Positions 50,609 through 63,075 of a stretch of DNA of 64,000 nt are shown one piece after another. How positions within the stretch are numbered: position 1 is the stretch's first letter; each line of letters begins with the position of its first letter. The position numbers were made by a program, and so were the translations under genes. The stretch comes from an uncultured Gemmatimonadales bacterium (lineage in GTDB: Bacteria > Gemmatimonadota > Gemmatimonadetes > Gemmatimonadales > GWC2-71-9), in contig CAVOPE010000001.1 of assembly GCA_963697755.1 (NCBI GenBank), positions 84,912 through 148,911 of the forward strand. Direction: 5' to 3'. The notes beneath the pieces are model-generated. The model was not told the DNA's origin. It saw nothing but the letters and a program-made list of their open reading frames with translations, and searched no databases.

Positions 50609-51242
50609 GACGAGGCTTTCCTCTCAGCCGCTCGAGGTCGGTCATCTGGTCGGGTGTGAGGCGCGTTATCGGGCCGAGGCTGCGGGCTGCCGCGAGAATC
50701 CGGGCGGCGTGCTCGAGGCTTTCCATTCGGATGCGGGCCGCCGCCAGCGTGGGACCCCAGGTCACGGCGCCGTGGTTGGCCAGCAGTACGGCCTCGTGTG
50801 CCTCCAGAAACGGTTCGACCGCATCGCCGAGCGCCGGCGTCCCGGTGGTCGCGTACGGCACCAGCGGCACCTCGCCCATCAGGAGCGTGACTTCCGGCAG
50901 CACGTTTCCGGGGATGCCCTCGCCCGCCACGGAGAACGCTGTGGCCGTCGGCGGGTGCGCGTGGACCACCGCGCCGCAGTCGCGCCGGCGCCGATAGACC
51001 CGAAGATGCAAATCTAACTCGGTCGTGGCCGTGCGGGAGCCGCCGAGCTGCCGGCCGTCCAGGTCCACGTCCACCATGTCCTCAGGGCCGAGCTCCGACT
51101 TGAGGAGACCCCGAGGTGTCACCAGGAGACAGTCTGGCCGGTAGCGGACCGACACGTTCCCGTCCTGGCCCGCGATCAACCCCCGCTGCCACAGTCGCCG
51201 GCAGCAGAGCGCGATCTCACGGGCGACGTCGGAGCGGTGCAT
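50583..51242 (-). CDS. class II aldolase/adducin family protein
   Basis: 219 aa, ..GQDGNVSVR.., ..AVVHAHPPTATAF.., ..LLANHGAVTWG... Confidence 0.8.
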   Translation of the reverse strand: MHRSDVAREIALCCRRLWQRGLIAGQDGNVSVRYRPDCLLVTPRGLLKSELGPEDMVDVDLDGRQLGGSRTATTELDLHLRVYRRRRDCGAVVHAHPPTATAFSVAGEGIPGNVLPEVTLLMGEVPLVPYATTGTPALGDAVEPFLEAHEAVLLANHGAVTWGPTLAAARIRMESLEHAARILAAARSLGPITRLTPDQMTDLERLRGKPRHGQTDHGY

Positions 51243-51246
51243 GCCA

Positions 51247-52533
51247 TCACCCTGGGCGGCGAAACACCACCTGCCCCCGTACGATCGTCAGGTCCGCCCG
51301 GCCGCGGAGGCGCCGGCCGCCGAACGGCGTGTTCCGGCTCTTGGAGAGGAATTCGCCGGGCTCCACCGTCCACTGGGCGGCCGGATCGATCACGACCACG
51401 TCGGCAGCGGCACCCGGGGCGAGGCTCCCCCCGGGGAGATTGAAGATCTTGGCCGGCATCGTGCTCATCCGGCGCACCAGCGTCGGCAGGTCGACCAGCC
51501 CGCCATCCACCAGCTCGGTGATCGCCAGGCCCAGCGCGGTCTCCAGCCCGATGATGCCGTTGGGCGCGTCGTCGAACTCCCGCTCCTTCGCGTCGTAGTG
51601 GTGCGGCGCGTGATCGGTGCAGATCACGTCGATCGTGCCGTCCTTGAGCGCCTCGCGGATCGCCTCGCGGTCCTCGGGTTCTCGCAGCGGCGGGTTCATC
51701 TTGGCGTTGGTGTTGTACCCTTCGCACGCCTCGTGGGTCAGCGTGAAGTGGTGCGGGCAGGCTTCGGCCGTCACCCGCAGCCCCTTGTCCTTCGCCCGAC
51801 GGATCAGCTCGACCGAGCCCCGGGTCGACATGTGACAGAGGTGTACGTGCCCTCCGGTCAGCTCCGACAGCAGGATGTCACGCGCGACCATGATCTCCTC
51901 GGCGGCGGCCGGCACGCCCTTCAGGCCGAGCCGGGTGGAGACGATTCCCTCGTGCATCGCGCCGCCGGCGGCGAGCGTCGGATCCTCGCAGTGGTCGGCG
52001 ACGGGAATGCCGAAGGTGCGCGAGTACTCCAGCGCCGTCCGCATCAGGTGGCTCGACGCGACCGGCTTCCCGTCGTCACTGACGGCGACCGCGCCGGCCC
52101 CCACCAGCTCGCCGAATTCCGCGAGCTGCTGCCCCCTCTGCCCGAGCGACACCGCGCCGATGGGATAGACCCGCGCCTTCCCCGCCCGCTGCGCCTGGCT
52201 GACGATAAACCCGACCGCGGCCTGGTTGTCCGTCACCGGATCGGTGTTGGGCATCGCGCACACGGCGGAGAACCCGCCGGCCGCGGCGGCCATGGCGCCC
52301 GTCGCCACCGTCTCGAGATCCTCCTGTCCCGGCTCGCGCAGGTGCACATGAAGATCGATCAGGCCCGGCGCCACCACGCGACCGCCGGCCTCGATGACCT
52401 CGGCGCCGTCGGGCCGTCCCAGACCCTGCCCCAGCGCCTCGACCTTGCCGTCCTGCAGCAGCAGGTCCGCCAGTTGGTCGAGGGCGCGCGAGGGGTCGAT
52501 CACCCGGCCGCCGCGGATCAGGATCGGTCGCAT
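51247..52533 (-). CDS. pyrC: dihydroorotase
   Basis: ATG 52533. ..PGLIDLHVHLREPG.., ..DHAPH.. 428 aa. Confidence 0.9.
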   Translation of the reverse strand: MRPILIRGGRVIDPSRALDQLADLLLQDGKVEALGQGLGRPDGAEVIEAGGRVVAPGLIDLHVHLREPGQEDLETVATGAMAAAAGGFSAVCAMPNTDPVTDNQAAVGFIVSQAQRAGKARVYPIGAVSLGQRGQQLAEFGELVGAGAVAVSDDGKPVASSHLMRTALEYSRTFGIPVADHCEDPTLAAGGAMHEGIVSTRLGLKGVPAAAEEIMVARDILLSELTGGHVHLCHMSTRGSVELIRRAKDKGLRVTAEACPHHFTLTHEACEGYNTNAKMNPPLREPEDREAIREALKDGTIDVICTDHAPHHYDAKEREFDDAPNGIIGLETALGLAITELVDGGLVDLPTLVRRMSTMPAKIFNLPGGSLAPGAAADVVVIDPAAQWTVEPGEFLSKSRNTPFGGRRLRGRADLTIVRGQVVFRRPG

Positions 52534-52535
52534 CG

Positions 52536-53486
52536 TCAGTCCCCGGGATGCGCCCAGTTGGGCGCGCCGCCGGCCAGCAGATAGAGCACCGCCATGCGCA
52601 CGGCGACGCCGTTGGTCACCTGCGGCAGGATCACGCTGTGGGGGCCGTCGGCCACGTCGCTGTCGATCTCGACGCCGCGATTCATCGGCCCCGGGTGCAG
52701 GATGAGCAGATCCTTCGGCGCGCGGGCCAGCCGCTCGGTGGTGACGCCGAACACCCGGTTGTACTCGCGCAGCGAAGGAAGAAAGCCGGCCTCCATGCGC
52801 TCGAGCTGGAGCCGGAGCACGTTCAGGGCGTCGGCCCATTGGATCGCGTCCTCGATCCGCGGCAGGATGGTGACGCCGAGTTCGTGCACGTTTCGAGGCA
52901 GCAGGGTCGCCGGGCCGCACACGCCCACCTCCGCGCCCAGCTTGGTCAGACCCCAGATGTTGCTGCGCGCGACCCGGCTGTGCAGGATGTCGCCGCAGAT
53001 GGCGATCTTGAGCCCCTCGATCCGCCCGAACCGGTCGCGCAGCGTGAGAATGTCGAGCAGCCCCTGCGTCGGGTGCTCGTGCTTGCCGTCGCCGGCGTTG
53101 ATCACGTTGCTGCGAATCCGCTGGCCGAGGAACTGCGCCGCGCCCGACGACCCGTGGCGGATCACCACCATGTCGATCCGCATCGCCTCCAGGTTCCGGG
53201 CGGTATCCACCAGCGTCTCGCCCTTGGAGACGGAGGAGCCGGCGGTCGCCACGTTCACCGTGTCGGCGCTCAGGCGCTTCTCGGCGAACTCGAAGGAGAT
53301 CCGGGTGCGGGTCGACGCCTCGAAGAACAGGTTGACGATGGTCTTGCCGCGGAGGGCCGGCACCTTCTTGATCGCCCGTTCGCTCACTTCCTTGAACGGC
53401 TCGGCGGTGTCGAGGATGAGGCGGAGCTGGTCGGGGCTCAGCGTCTCGAGTCCGACCAGGTCCTTGCCGAGGCTGAGGCCGCTCAC
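52536..53486 (-). CDS. pyrB: aspartate carbamoyltransferase catalytic subunit
   Basis: 316 aa, ..[13 protein letters not shown].., ..HPTQGLLD.., ..LHPGPMNRG... Confidence 0.93.
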   Translation of the reverse strand: MSGLSLGKDLVGLETLSPDQLRLILDTAEPFKEVSERAIKKVPALRGKTIVNLFFEASTRTRISFEFAEKRLSADTVNVATAGSSVSKGETLVDTARNLEAMRIDMVVIRHGSSGAAQFLGQRIRSNVINAGDGKHEHPTQGLLDILTLRDRFGRIEGLKIAICGDILHSRVARSNIWGLTKLGAEVGVCGPATLLPRNVHELGVTILPRIEDAIQWADALNVLRLQLERMEAGFLPSLREYNRVFGVTTERLARAPKDLLILHPGPMNRGVEIDSDVADGPHSVILPQVTNGVAVRMAVLYLLAGGAPNWAHPGD

Positions 53487-53487
53487 G

Positions 53488-54021
53488 TCAGCCTCGCACC
53501 AGCTCGACGGCGTCGCGGCCGTCGAGCTCGGAGACGAACACGTCGACCCGGTCGCCCGGGCCGGTGCTCACCGTGGTCCCCACGATGTCCGCCTGGATCG
53601 GCAGCTCGCGGCCGCCGCGATCGATGAGCACGCAGAGCAGAATCCGGCGCGGCCGGCCGAAGTCGGCGCACTCGTCGAGCGCCGCGCGCACGGTGCGGCC
53701 GGTGTAGAGCACGTCGTCCACGATCACGACGGTCCGGCCCTCGAGGTCGGGTAGCCGGGTCTCGCCCACCACCGGCCGCGCGCCGACCGTCTGCAGATCG
53801 TCGCGGTAGAGGGTGATGTCGAGCTTGCCGGTCGGCACGCTGGAGCCTTCGGATTGATCGATGAGACGCTTGAGTCGGTCGGCGAGCTCGACGCCGCGGC
53901 GTTGGATTCCGACAAGCACCAGGTCGTCCGTGCCGTGTCCCCGTTCGACGATCTCGGTGGCCATGCGGACCAGCGTTCGGCCGAGCGCGCGATCGTCCAG
54001 AAGGGGTGTCCGGGAGGGCAT
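53488..54021 (-). CDS. pyrR: bifunctional pyr operon regulator / uracil phosphoribosyltransferase PyrR
   Basis: ATG 54021, 177 aa, ..[16 protein letters not shown].., ..[18 protein letters not shown]... Confidence 0.88.
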   Translation of the reverse strand: MPSRTPLLDDRALGRTLVRMATEIVERGHGTDDLVLVGIQRRGVELADRLKRLIDQSEGSSVPTGKLDITLYRDDLQTVGARPVVGETRLPDLEGRTVVIVDDVLYTGRTVRAALDECADFGRPRRILLCVLIDRGGRELPIQADIVGTTVSTGPGDRVDVFVSELDGRDAVELVRG

Positions 54022-54101
54022 CGGGGCGGGAAGGTAGTGGGCGGCCTGCGGTGGCGCAACTCGTGCTGCGCCAGTAGGAACGCCCGCCGCCCGCGGGCGG
54101 T

Positions 54102-54770
54102 CTAGGCGGCGTCCTCCCGGGCCGACCGGAGCGTTGTGTCGGGCTCGGCGGGCAACGTGGCTGGCCGGCGGGCCGATGGCGTGGTCCGGGCCGCCCACAC
54201 CCGTGCCGCCAGCACCAGCGCCAGCGCCGCCGCGAACCACAGCGGGGTCCGTACGTCCCTCTTCACCAGCCAGAGATAGTGAAGCACTCCGCCGATCACC
54301 GCCGGATAGATGAGGCGGTGGAGCTGCCGCCAGCGCCTCCCGCCCAGGCGCCGCACCCAGCCCTTGGTGGAGGTGATCGCCAGCGGCACCAGCATCAGGA
54401 ATGCGCTGAAGCCGACGAGTACCCATGGGTGCTTTCCGACGTCTTCGGCGATGTCGGCCACGCTCAGTGACTGATCGAACACCACGTACGACACGAAGTG
54501 CAGCAGTGCGTACCAGAATGCTGTGAGCCCGATGAGCCGACGCGTGCGGATGATCTCGTTCCAGCCGCCGAGCCGGCGGAGCGGTGTGATCGCGAGCGTG
54601 AGGAACAGCGTCACCAACGCCGTCGTGCCGGTCACGTGCTGAATGAACTTCACCTGATCGCCGTCCGCGCGCCCCGTGAGCAGCGCGAACAGGATCCAGG
54701 CGCACGGCAGCACCGCCGTCACGTACAGCACCGGCTTCACCACCCGAGCCACCACAGCGCCGCGGGTCAC
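54102..54770 (-). CDS. msrQ: protein-methionine-sulfoxide reductase heme-binding subunit MsrQ
   Basis: 222 aa, polytopic, ..HVTGTTALVTLFLTLAITPLRRL..RRLIGLTAFWYALLHFVSY.. (YedZ-like). Confidence 0.8.
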   Translation of the reverse strand: MTRGAVVARVVKPVLYVTAVLPCAWILFALLTGRADGDQVKFIQHVTGTTALVTLFLTLAITPLRRLGGWNEIIRTRRLIGLTAFWYALLHFVSYVVFDQSLSVADIAEDVGKHPWVLVGFSAFLMLVPLAITSTKGWVRRLGGRRWRQLHRLIYPAVIGGVLHYLWLVKRDVRTPLWFAAALALVLAARVWAARTTPSARRPATLPAEPDTTLRSAREDAA

Positions 54771-54774
54771 GCGC

Positions 54775-55694
54775 CTAGAAGTTCTTCCGGAGGTCCATAC
54801 CCGCGTACAGCGAGGCTACCTGATCGGCGTAGCCGTTGAACGGCAGCGTCTTCCGCTTGAAAAACTCGCCCACCCGGCGCTCGCGCGCCTGGCTCCAGCG
54901 CGGGTGATCCACTTCCGGGTTCACGTTGGCGTAGAAGCCGTACTCGTCCGGCGCGGCGATGTTCCACGTCGTCCTCGGCTGCGATCCGACGAAGCGGATC
55001 CGGACGAGCGCCTTCCCGCCCTTGAACCCGTACTTCCAGGGCACCACCAGGCGGAGCGGCGCACCGTTCTGGTTGGATAGCGGCTTCCCGTAGAGACCGG
55101 TCACCAGCAGCGTGAGCGGATGGCGCGCCTCATCCATTCGGAGCGCCTCGGTGTACGGCCAGTCGAGGATGCCGCGCTGCTGCCCCGGCATCTGCCGCGG
55201 ATCGAGCGAGCGTGGTGACCTCGACGAACTTCGCCTTGCTCGTCGGCTCCAGGCGGTCGATCAGCCGGCCGAGCGGGATGCCCATCCAGGGAACGACCAT
55301 GGACCAGCGCTTCGACGCAGCGGTGGCGGTACACCCGCTCCTCGGGCGGCAGACCCTTGAGCAGGTCGTCGAGATCGTAGGTCGCCGGCTTCGCTACCTC
55401 GCCCGCGATCTCGACCTTCCACGGACGCGCGAGGAGCTGGCCGGCGTTTCGGGCGGGATCGTCCTTGTCGGTGCCGAACTCGTAGTAGTTGTTGTAACCG
55501 GTCACGTCTGCCCATGGCGTGAGCTTGTCGTCGTCGCCGAAGCGCCGGGGGAAGCCGAACGGTGATGTGGGAACCAGCTCCCCCAATGCTACGCCAGCCA
55601 ATCCAGCCGCCTTGAGAAAGTCACGCCTCGTGATGTAGAGCCGCTCGTCTGTGATCTCGGAGCTCGGAATATCGGGCGGACGGGTGATCAGCAT
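54775..55694 (-). CDS. msrP: protein-methionine-sulfoxide reductase catalytic subunit MsrP; two frame breaks (about 55307 and 55207)
   Basis: ATG 55694 (AGGAGA SD) with the Tat motif [10 protein letters not shown]. Three frames carry ..[10 protein letters not shown], then [33 protein letters not shown], then [27 protein letters not shown]. Confidence 0.8.
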
Positions 55695-55795
55695 CGGGTC
55701 TCCTGCGCGAAGGGACCTTCTAACTTCACCAGGATACGCCGCCAGGGCGAATTCGGTTCCCACGGCGCGGGCTCGCGACCTTCCCAGAAAGGCAG

Positions 55796-55833
55796 AACTC
55801 CGGCAGATCCGAGCTATCGGATCTGCCGGAGTT
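55796..55833 (-). terminator. strong hairpin terminator downstream of tRNA-Ser
   Basis: Perfect 17-bp stem aactccggcagatccga / tcggatctgccggagtt with a 4-nt loop, followed on the minus strand by CUGCCUUUC. Confidence 0.7.
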
Positions 55834-55855
55834 TCACGCCGCGTGCCCGCGGCGA

Positions 55856-55946
55856 CGGACAGGGCGGGATTCGAACCCGCGATACGCCTTGCGACGTATG
55901 CCACGCTTTCCAGGCGTGGCGCCTTCAACCACTCGGCCACCTGTCC
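55856..55946 (-). tRNA. tRNA-Ser (anticodon GGA)
   Basis: Folds by hand: acceptor GGACAGG/CCTGTCC, anticodon stem CACGC/GCGTG with loop CUGGAAA, long variable arm, T-arm GCGGG-TTCGAAT-CCCGC, discriminator G. CCA is not encoded. Confidence 0.9.
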
Positions 55947-55978
55947 CGAAGGTCGCCGGGCAGGCCCGGCGCGCCGGA

Positions 55979-56007
55979 TGTTTAGTGGCGCTGGGTCAGG
56001 AAGTCAA
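55979..56007 (-). promoter_or_regulatory. candidate tRNA-Ser promoter
   Basis: On the minus strand: TTGACT (56007-56002), 17 nt spacer, TAAACA (55984-55979), about 30 nt before the tRNA 5' end. Confidence 0.3.
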
Positions 56008-56015
56008 TCGGTTGT

Positions 56016-57977
56016 CTACACGCGACTTACTGTGATAACTCCGGCCGCGGCCGGGTCGCCGAACTCGTGGGCCAGCATCGCGGCATAAGTCCCGCGCGCC
56101 GCCCGGAGCTCGTCGTGGCTTCCCTGCTCCACGATCCGGCCGTTGGCCATCACGACGATCCGGTGGGCCTGGGCCACCGTCTCCAGCCGGTGGGCGATCA
56201 GGAGCGTCGTCCGGTTCCATGCCAGCCGGGTCAACGCCTCCTGCACCAGTCGCTCGCTCTCCGCGTCGAGCGCGCTGGTCGGCTCGTCGAGCACCAGGAT
56301 CGCTGGGTTCTGCAGCATCGCCCGCGCGATGGCAATGCGTTGCCGCTGGCCGCCCGAGAGGCGGCTTCCCCGCTCGCCCACCACCGTGTCATACCCGTTC
56401 GGTAGCGCCTGGATGAACCCGTGCGCGTTGGCCGCGCGCGCCGCCGCCTCGATCTCCTCGCGTGACGCGCTGGGACGCGCGTAGGCGAGATTGGCGAGCA
56501 CGGTGTCGTTGAACAGAAACGGCTCCTGCGGGACCACACCGATCTGCGCACGCAGTGACGTCAGGGTGAGCTCGGCCACGTCCTGCCCGTCGATCGTGAT
56601 CCGGCCCGCCTCGGGCACGTACAGCCGTTGGAGCAGCTGGGCGATCGTCGACTTGCCCACCCCGCTCGGACCCACGAGCGCCACGGTCTCGCCGGCGGGC
56701 ACCTCGAAGGTCACGTCGTGCAGCGTCGGCATGCCGCGGCGGAAGCTGAACTGAACGTGCTCGAACCGCACGTGCCCGCGCAGACGGCCCGCGTGGATCG
56801 CGGTGGGCTGGTCCTGTGCCGCCTTGTCCGCCTCGAGGATCGTGAGGATCGACTCGAACGAGACCGTGGTCTTCCGGATCGTCTGGTAGAGCGATGTGAG
56901 CGTCTGTACCGGCGTCACCAGCCCGCCGACGAACGCCAGGAACGCCATCAGCGTGCCGAGCGTGATCTCGCCCCGGAGGATGAGCACCGTACCCAGCCCG
57001 ATCGCGACCAGCCGGGCGAGCCCTGCCGCGACGCTCCGCACTCCGCCGGTCATCGCGTCGCGGCGCACGCCGCGGGCGACGATCGCGTTGCCGCGGTCCA
57101 CCCCGTCGAGGAAGATGAGCTGCTCGCGCCGCTCGGCGCCGCACGCCTTCACCGTCACGATGCCGCTCATCACCTCGGCGAACCGGCTGTAGAGCCGCGA
57201 CCAGCGCTCGGCGAGCTTGCGCTCGCGCTCGGTCTGCTCCCGCGCGGCCCACACGCCGATCAGGGCGGGCAACGGAAGCACCACCAGCACGGCCAGCGTC
57301 AGCCGCCAGTCGAGCCGGAGCATCGCCAAGGCGGCCAGCCCGAAGTACGCGATCCCCGCCATCGCCCCGAGCAGCTCGCTCACCGCCGCGGCGAAGCCGG
57401 GAATGTGCTGGTTCACCTTGAGCACCATGGAGCCAACCGAGCCCTCCTGATGGTAGCTCATCGGCAGGGTGTTGAGGGCACCGACCACGTCACGCCGAAC
57501 GTGGAAGTCCACGCCCAGTCGGACGTCCCAGGTGCGGACACTGATCCGGCCCGCCAGGGCAGCCCGCACGATCTCGAGCCCCACCAGCGCGACGACCGAG
57601 TGCAGCACCGCGGTCCGCACCGCCGCGTGGGACACCGACCCGCCAAGCGCGTCCACGATCCGCTTCATCACCAGCGGCTCGATCACCCCGACTACGGCGA
57701 CGAGCAACGACAGGACGGCGATCTCGGCGACGTGGCGGCGAAACGGCTGGAAGTACGGGAGCGCGCGGGTCCATAGGCGGCGGGCCTCGCTGGCCGACGG
57801 CCGCGGGCCCCTGGCGGTGCGCCGCCGGTCGGGCGACTCGGCCCAGGGGGAGATCGGGATGCGACGGAATTCCGAGCGGAAGGCACGGGTGATGGGAGCC
57901 GCGAGCTGTTCGGTCAGCTCACCCAGGTTCTCGGTGAGCGCCTCCAGTACCTCGAGGCTTCGGCTGATCGGGCTCAC
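56016..57977 (-). CDS. ABC exporter, fused permease/ATPase (MsbA-like)
   Basis: Walker A GPSGVGKST, signature LSGGQRQR, Walker B ILVLDEPTSALD, and an N-terminal six-TM domain. The start (GTG 57977, no SD) is uncertain. Confidence 0.85.
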   Translation of the reverse strand: MSPISRSLEVLEALTENLGELTEQLAAPITRAFRSEFRRIPISPWAESPDRRRTARGPRPSASEARRLWTRALPYFQPFRRHVAEIAVLSLLVAVVGVIEPLVMKRIVDALGGSVSHAAVRTAVLHSVVALVGLEIVRAALAGRISVRTWDVRLGVDFHVRRDVVGALNTLPMSYHQEGSVGSMVLKVNQHIPGFAAAVSELLGAMAGIAYFGLAALAMLRLDWRLTLAVLVVLPLPALIGVWAAREQTERERKLAERWSRLYSRFAEVMSGIVTVKACGAERREQLIFLDGVDRGNAIVARGVRRDAMTGGVRSVAAGLARLVAIGLGTVLILRGEITLGTLMAFLAFVGGLVTPVQTLTSLYQTIRKTTVSFESILTILEADKAAQDQPTAIHAGRLRGHVRFEHVQFSFRRGMPTLHDVTFEVPAGETVALVGPSGVGKSTIAQLLQRLYVPEAGRITIDGQDVAELTLTSLRAQIGVVPQEPFLFNDTVLANLAYARPSASREEIEAAARAANAHGFIQALPNGYDTVVGERGSRLSGGQRQRIAIARAMLQNPAILVLDEPTSALDAESERLVQEALTRLAWNRTTLLIAHRLETVAQAHRIVVMANGRIVEQGSHDELRAARGTYAAMLAHEFGDPAAAGVITVSRV

Positions 57978-58110
57978 GACCCGCGGCCGGGGAGTGCAAT
58001 GGACAGTGCGGAACGCAACGACTCATCCCTTGGGTGACGGGGCTCGGTGGGCGATCGGGCCCATCAGGGGAACGCGCGCGCGAACGAGGCAGGATGCGGG
58101 CCAGGGGCAC

Positions 58111-58147
58111 GAAGCGGCGCCGCCGGGGTGGCCGACGGCGCCGCTTC
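58111..58147 (-). terminator. intergenic GC hairpin between the VWA gene and the ABC exporter
   Basis: Perfect 12-bp stem gaagcggcgccg / cggcgccgcttc with a 13-nt loop and no U tract. Confidence 0.4.
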
Positions 58148-58164
58148 GGGTCGATCGGGCCGGG

Positions 58165-60135
58165 TCACTCGCCGCGCTGTTGGGCCCCGCCCTTCAGCGT
58201 TCTCGCCGTCTCGACCATGCCGATGAACTCGGCGCGATACCCGTTCTCGTCCTCGCCGCGGGCCCCGCGCGCGAGCGCGAGCACCTGCTCGAAGCTGGCC
58301 CCCCCGCGGTGCTCCGAGTCGCGGAGCAGCAGGGCAAACCCGGCCACAGCCGAGGCGAACCGCATGTCCTCGGTCGCCTGCCCGCCGCTCCGCTCCTTGA
58401 CCGGGGTCTCCAGCAACCGGCTGACTGTGCCCTGGGGATCCTTGTACCGGACCCGCACGGTCAGGAGCTCGTCGCTCCGGCGAGCCTCCGGCCGGACGCT
58501 GACCTGCTGATAGGTGAGGCTGTCGTCGGCCGTCGCCATCGGCTTGGCACCTACCGGCACGATCTCGTAGAGCGCCGTCACCGAGTGGCCCGAGCCCAGC
58601 TCACCTGCGTCCTTCTTGTCGTCGGCGAAGTCCTCGCGGTTGAGCAGCCGGTTTTCGTAGCCGAGGAGCCGGTAGGATCGGACCCGCGCGGGGTTGAGCT
58701 CAACCTGGATCTTCACGTCCTTCGCCACCGTGAAGAGCGTGCCGCCGAACTCCTGCACGAACACCTTCTGCGCCTCCCGGAAGGTGTCGATGTAGGCGTA
58801 GTGACCGTTTCCCTTGTCGGCCATCTGCTCCATCTTGGAGTCCTTCAGGTTCCCGGTGCCGAAGCCGAGAACGGTCAGGAAGGTTCCCTCCTCGCGGCGC
58901 TGCTCGATCAGGCGCACCATCTCCGCGTCGGAGCTCACGCCGACGTTGAAGTCGCCGTCGGTGGCCAGAATCACCCGGTTGTTCCCCTCCCGATTGAAGT
59001 GCTCGCGAGCCACGTCGTACGCCAGCCGGATCCCGGCGCCGCCGGCAGTCGATCCTCCGGCCTCCAGCCGGTCGATCGCCTCCAGGATCGTGGTCTGATC
59101 GCTGCCGCTCGTCGGCGGCAGCACGAGTCCGGCCGCGCCGGCGTAGACGACGATCGCCACCCGGTCCTCGGGTCGAAGCTCCTTCACCAGGGCGCGGAAC
59201 GCCTGCTTGACCAGCGGCAGCTTGTCGGGGGACTGCATCGATCCCGACACGTCGATCAGGAACACGAGATTGCTCGGCGGAAGCTCCCGGGTCGGGACCC
59301 GATGGGCCTGCAGGCCGATCCGCACGAGCCGATGGTCCGGCGCCCATGGGCACGGGCCGACCTCGGTCGAGACCGCGAAGGGGTGGCGGCCGGTACGATC
59401 GGGGTAGCGATAGGGGAAGTAGTTCACCAGCTCCTCGAGCCGGACGGCGTCGACCGGTGGCAGCGTGCCCTGACTCAGGAACCGACGCACGTTGCTGTAC
59501 GAGGCCGCGTCCACGTCGATCGAGAAGGTCGACACCGGCGTCGTGAGCGCCGTGAGGAAGCGATTTTCGTTGATCGCGTTGTAGTTCTCGGTGTTGCCCG
59601 GTTCGCGCTGCCAGCGCCACGGCTCGGCCCCCGCCGTCACGCCACCTGACGCGCCCGCCGCCGGCGATGCGGCGCGCATCAGCATGTCCGCTTCAGCAAG
59701 CGGCGCCACCTGGCTCTTCGCCGCCGCCTCTTCGTCCCGCAACTCCCTGGATGAGGGCTGGTTGGCCGCCTGGTCACGGCGCCCGGCGGCGGCCAGGGTG
59801 AAGTTGAGCGTCAGTCGCCCGCCAGTCTGCAGCGTCCCTGCCGATTCCGCGGCCCGGTAGCCCACCCGCGACGCCCGCACCGTGACGCGCCCCGTCGGGA
59901 CCGCCGGAAGCAAGTAGGCGCCGGCGGTGTCGGTGAGAGTGGAGAGCGCGGTACCGACGACCTGGACCTGTGCATGAACGATCGGCGTGCCCGTGCCGTC
60001 CCGCACCGTGCCGGCCACCTGGCCGGTGGTGGGCGCCCGTCGGACCGGTGCGGCCCCCGTGGCCGCCAGGGTCAGGGACAGCACGGCGACCAGGCCCGGC
60101 GTACGCCGGACGAGCGACCAGGGTGCGGCTCGCAT
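58165..60135 (-). CDS. secreted VWA-domain protein (YfbK/DUF3520-like) with an N-terminal carboxypeptidase-regulatory-like domain
   Basis: ATG 60135 (GGGAGGA SD) and a signal peptide. Contains ..VAGTVRDGTGTPIVHAQVQVVG.. and the MIDAS motif LIDVSGSM..ILATDGDFN. 656 aa. Confidence 0.8.
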   Translation of the reverse strand: MRAAPWSLVRRTPGLVAVLSLTLAATGAAPVRRAPTTGQVAGTVRDGTGTPIVHAQVQVVGTALSTLTDTAGAYLLPAVPTGRVTVRASRVGYRAAESAGTLQTGGRLTLNFTLAAAGRRDQAANQPSSRELRDEEAAAKSQVAPLAEADMLMRAASPAAGASGGVTAGAEPWRWQREPGNTENYNAINENRFLTALTTPVSTFSIDVDAASYSNVRRFLSQGTLPPVDAVRLEELVNYFPYRYPDRTGRHPFAVSTEVGPCPWAPDHRLVRIGLQAHRVPTRELPPSNLVFLIDVSGSMQSPDKLPLVKQAFRALVKELRPEDRVAIVVYAGAAGLVLPPTSGSDQTTILEAIDRLEAGGSTAGGAGIRLAYDVAREHFNREGNNRVILATDGDFNVGVSSDAEMVRLIEQRREEGTFLTVLGFGTGNLKDSKMEQMADKGNGHYAYIDTFREAQKVFVQEFGGTLFTVAKDVKIQVELNPARVRSYRLLGYENRLLNREDFADDKKDAGELGSGHSVTALYEIVPVGAKPMATADDSLTYQQVSVRPEARRSDELLTVRVRYKDPQGTVSRLLETPVKERSGGQATEDMRFASAVAGFALLLRDSEHRGGASFEQVLALARGARGEDENGYRAEFIGMVETARTLKGGAQQRGE

Positions 60136-60166
60136 CGAGTCCTCCCGCTGCAGGATGTGGCGTTGA

Positions 60167-63071
<2,905 letters not shown>

Positions 63072-63075
<4 letters not shown>

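Noticed and set aside
54022-54101. PyrR-binding attenuator in the pyrR-pyrB-pyrC leader
   Set aside because: I looked for the conserved PyrR binding loop (UCCAGAGAGG-like) and for terminator/antiterminator alternatives. I found only a short GC palindrome after msrQ, which is not supportable.
57469-59649. 726-aa plus-strand ORF
   Set aside because: It is antisense to the ABC exporter and VWA genes, and the same artefact applies.
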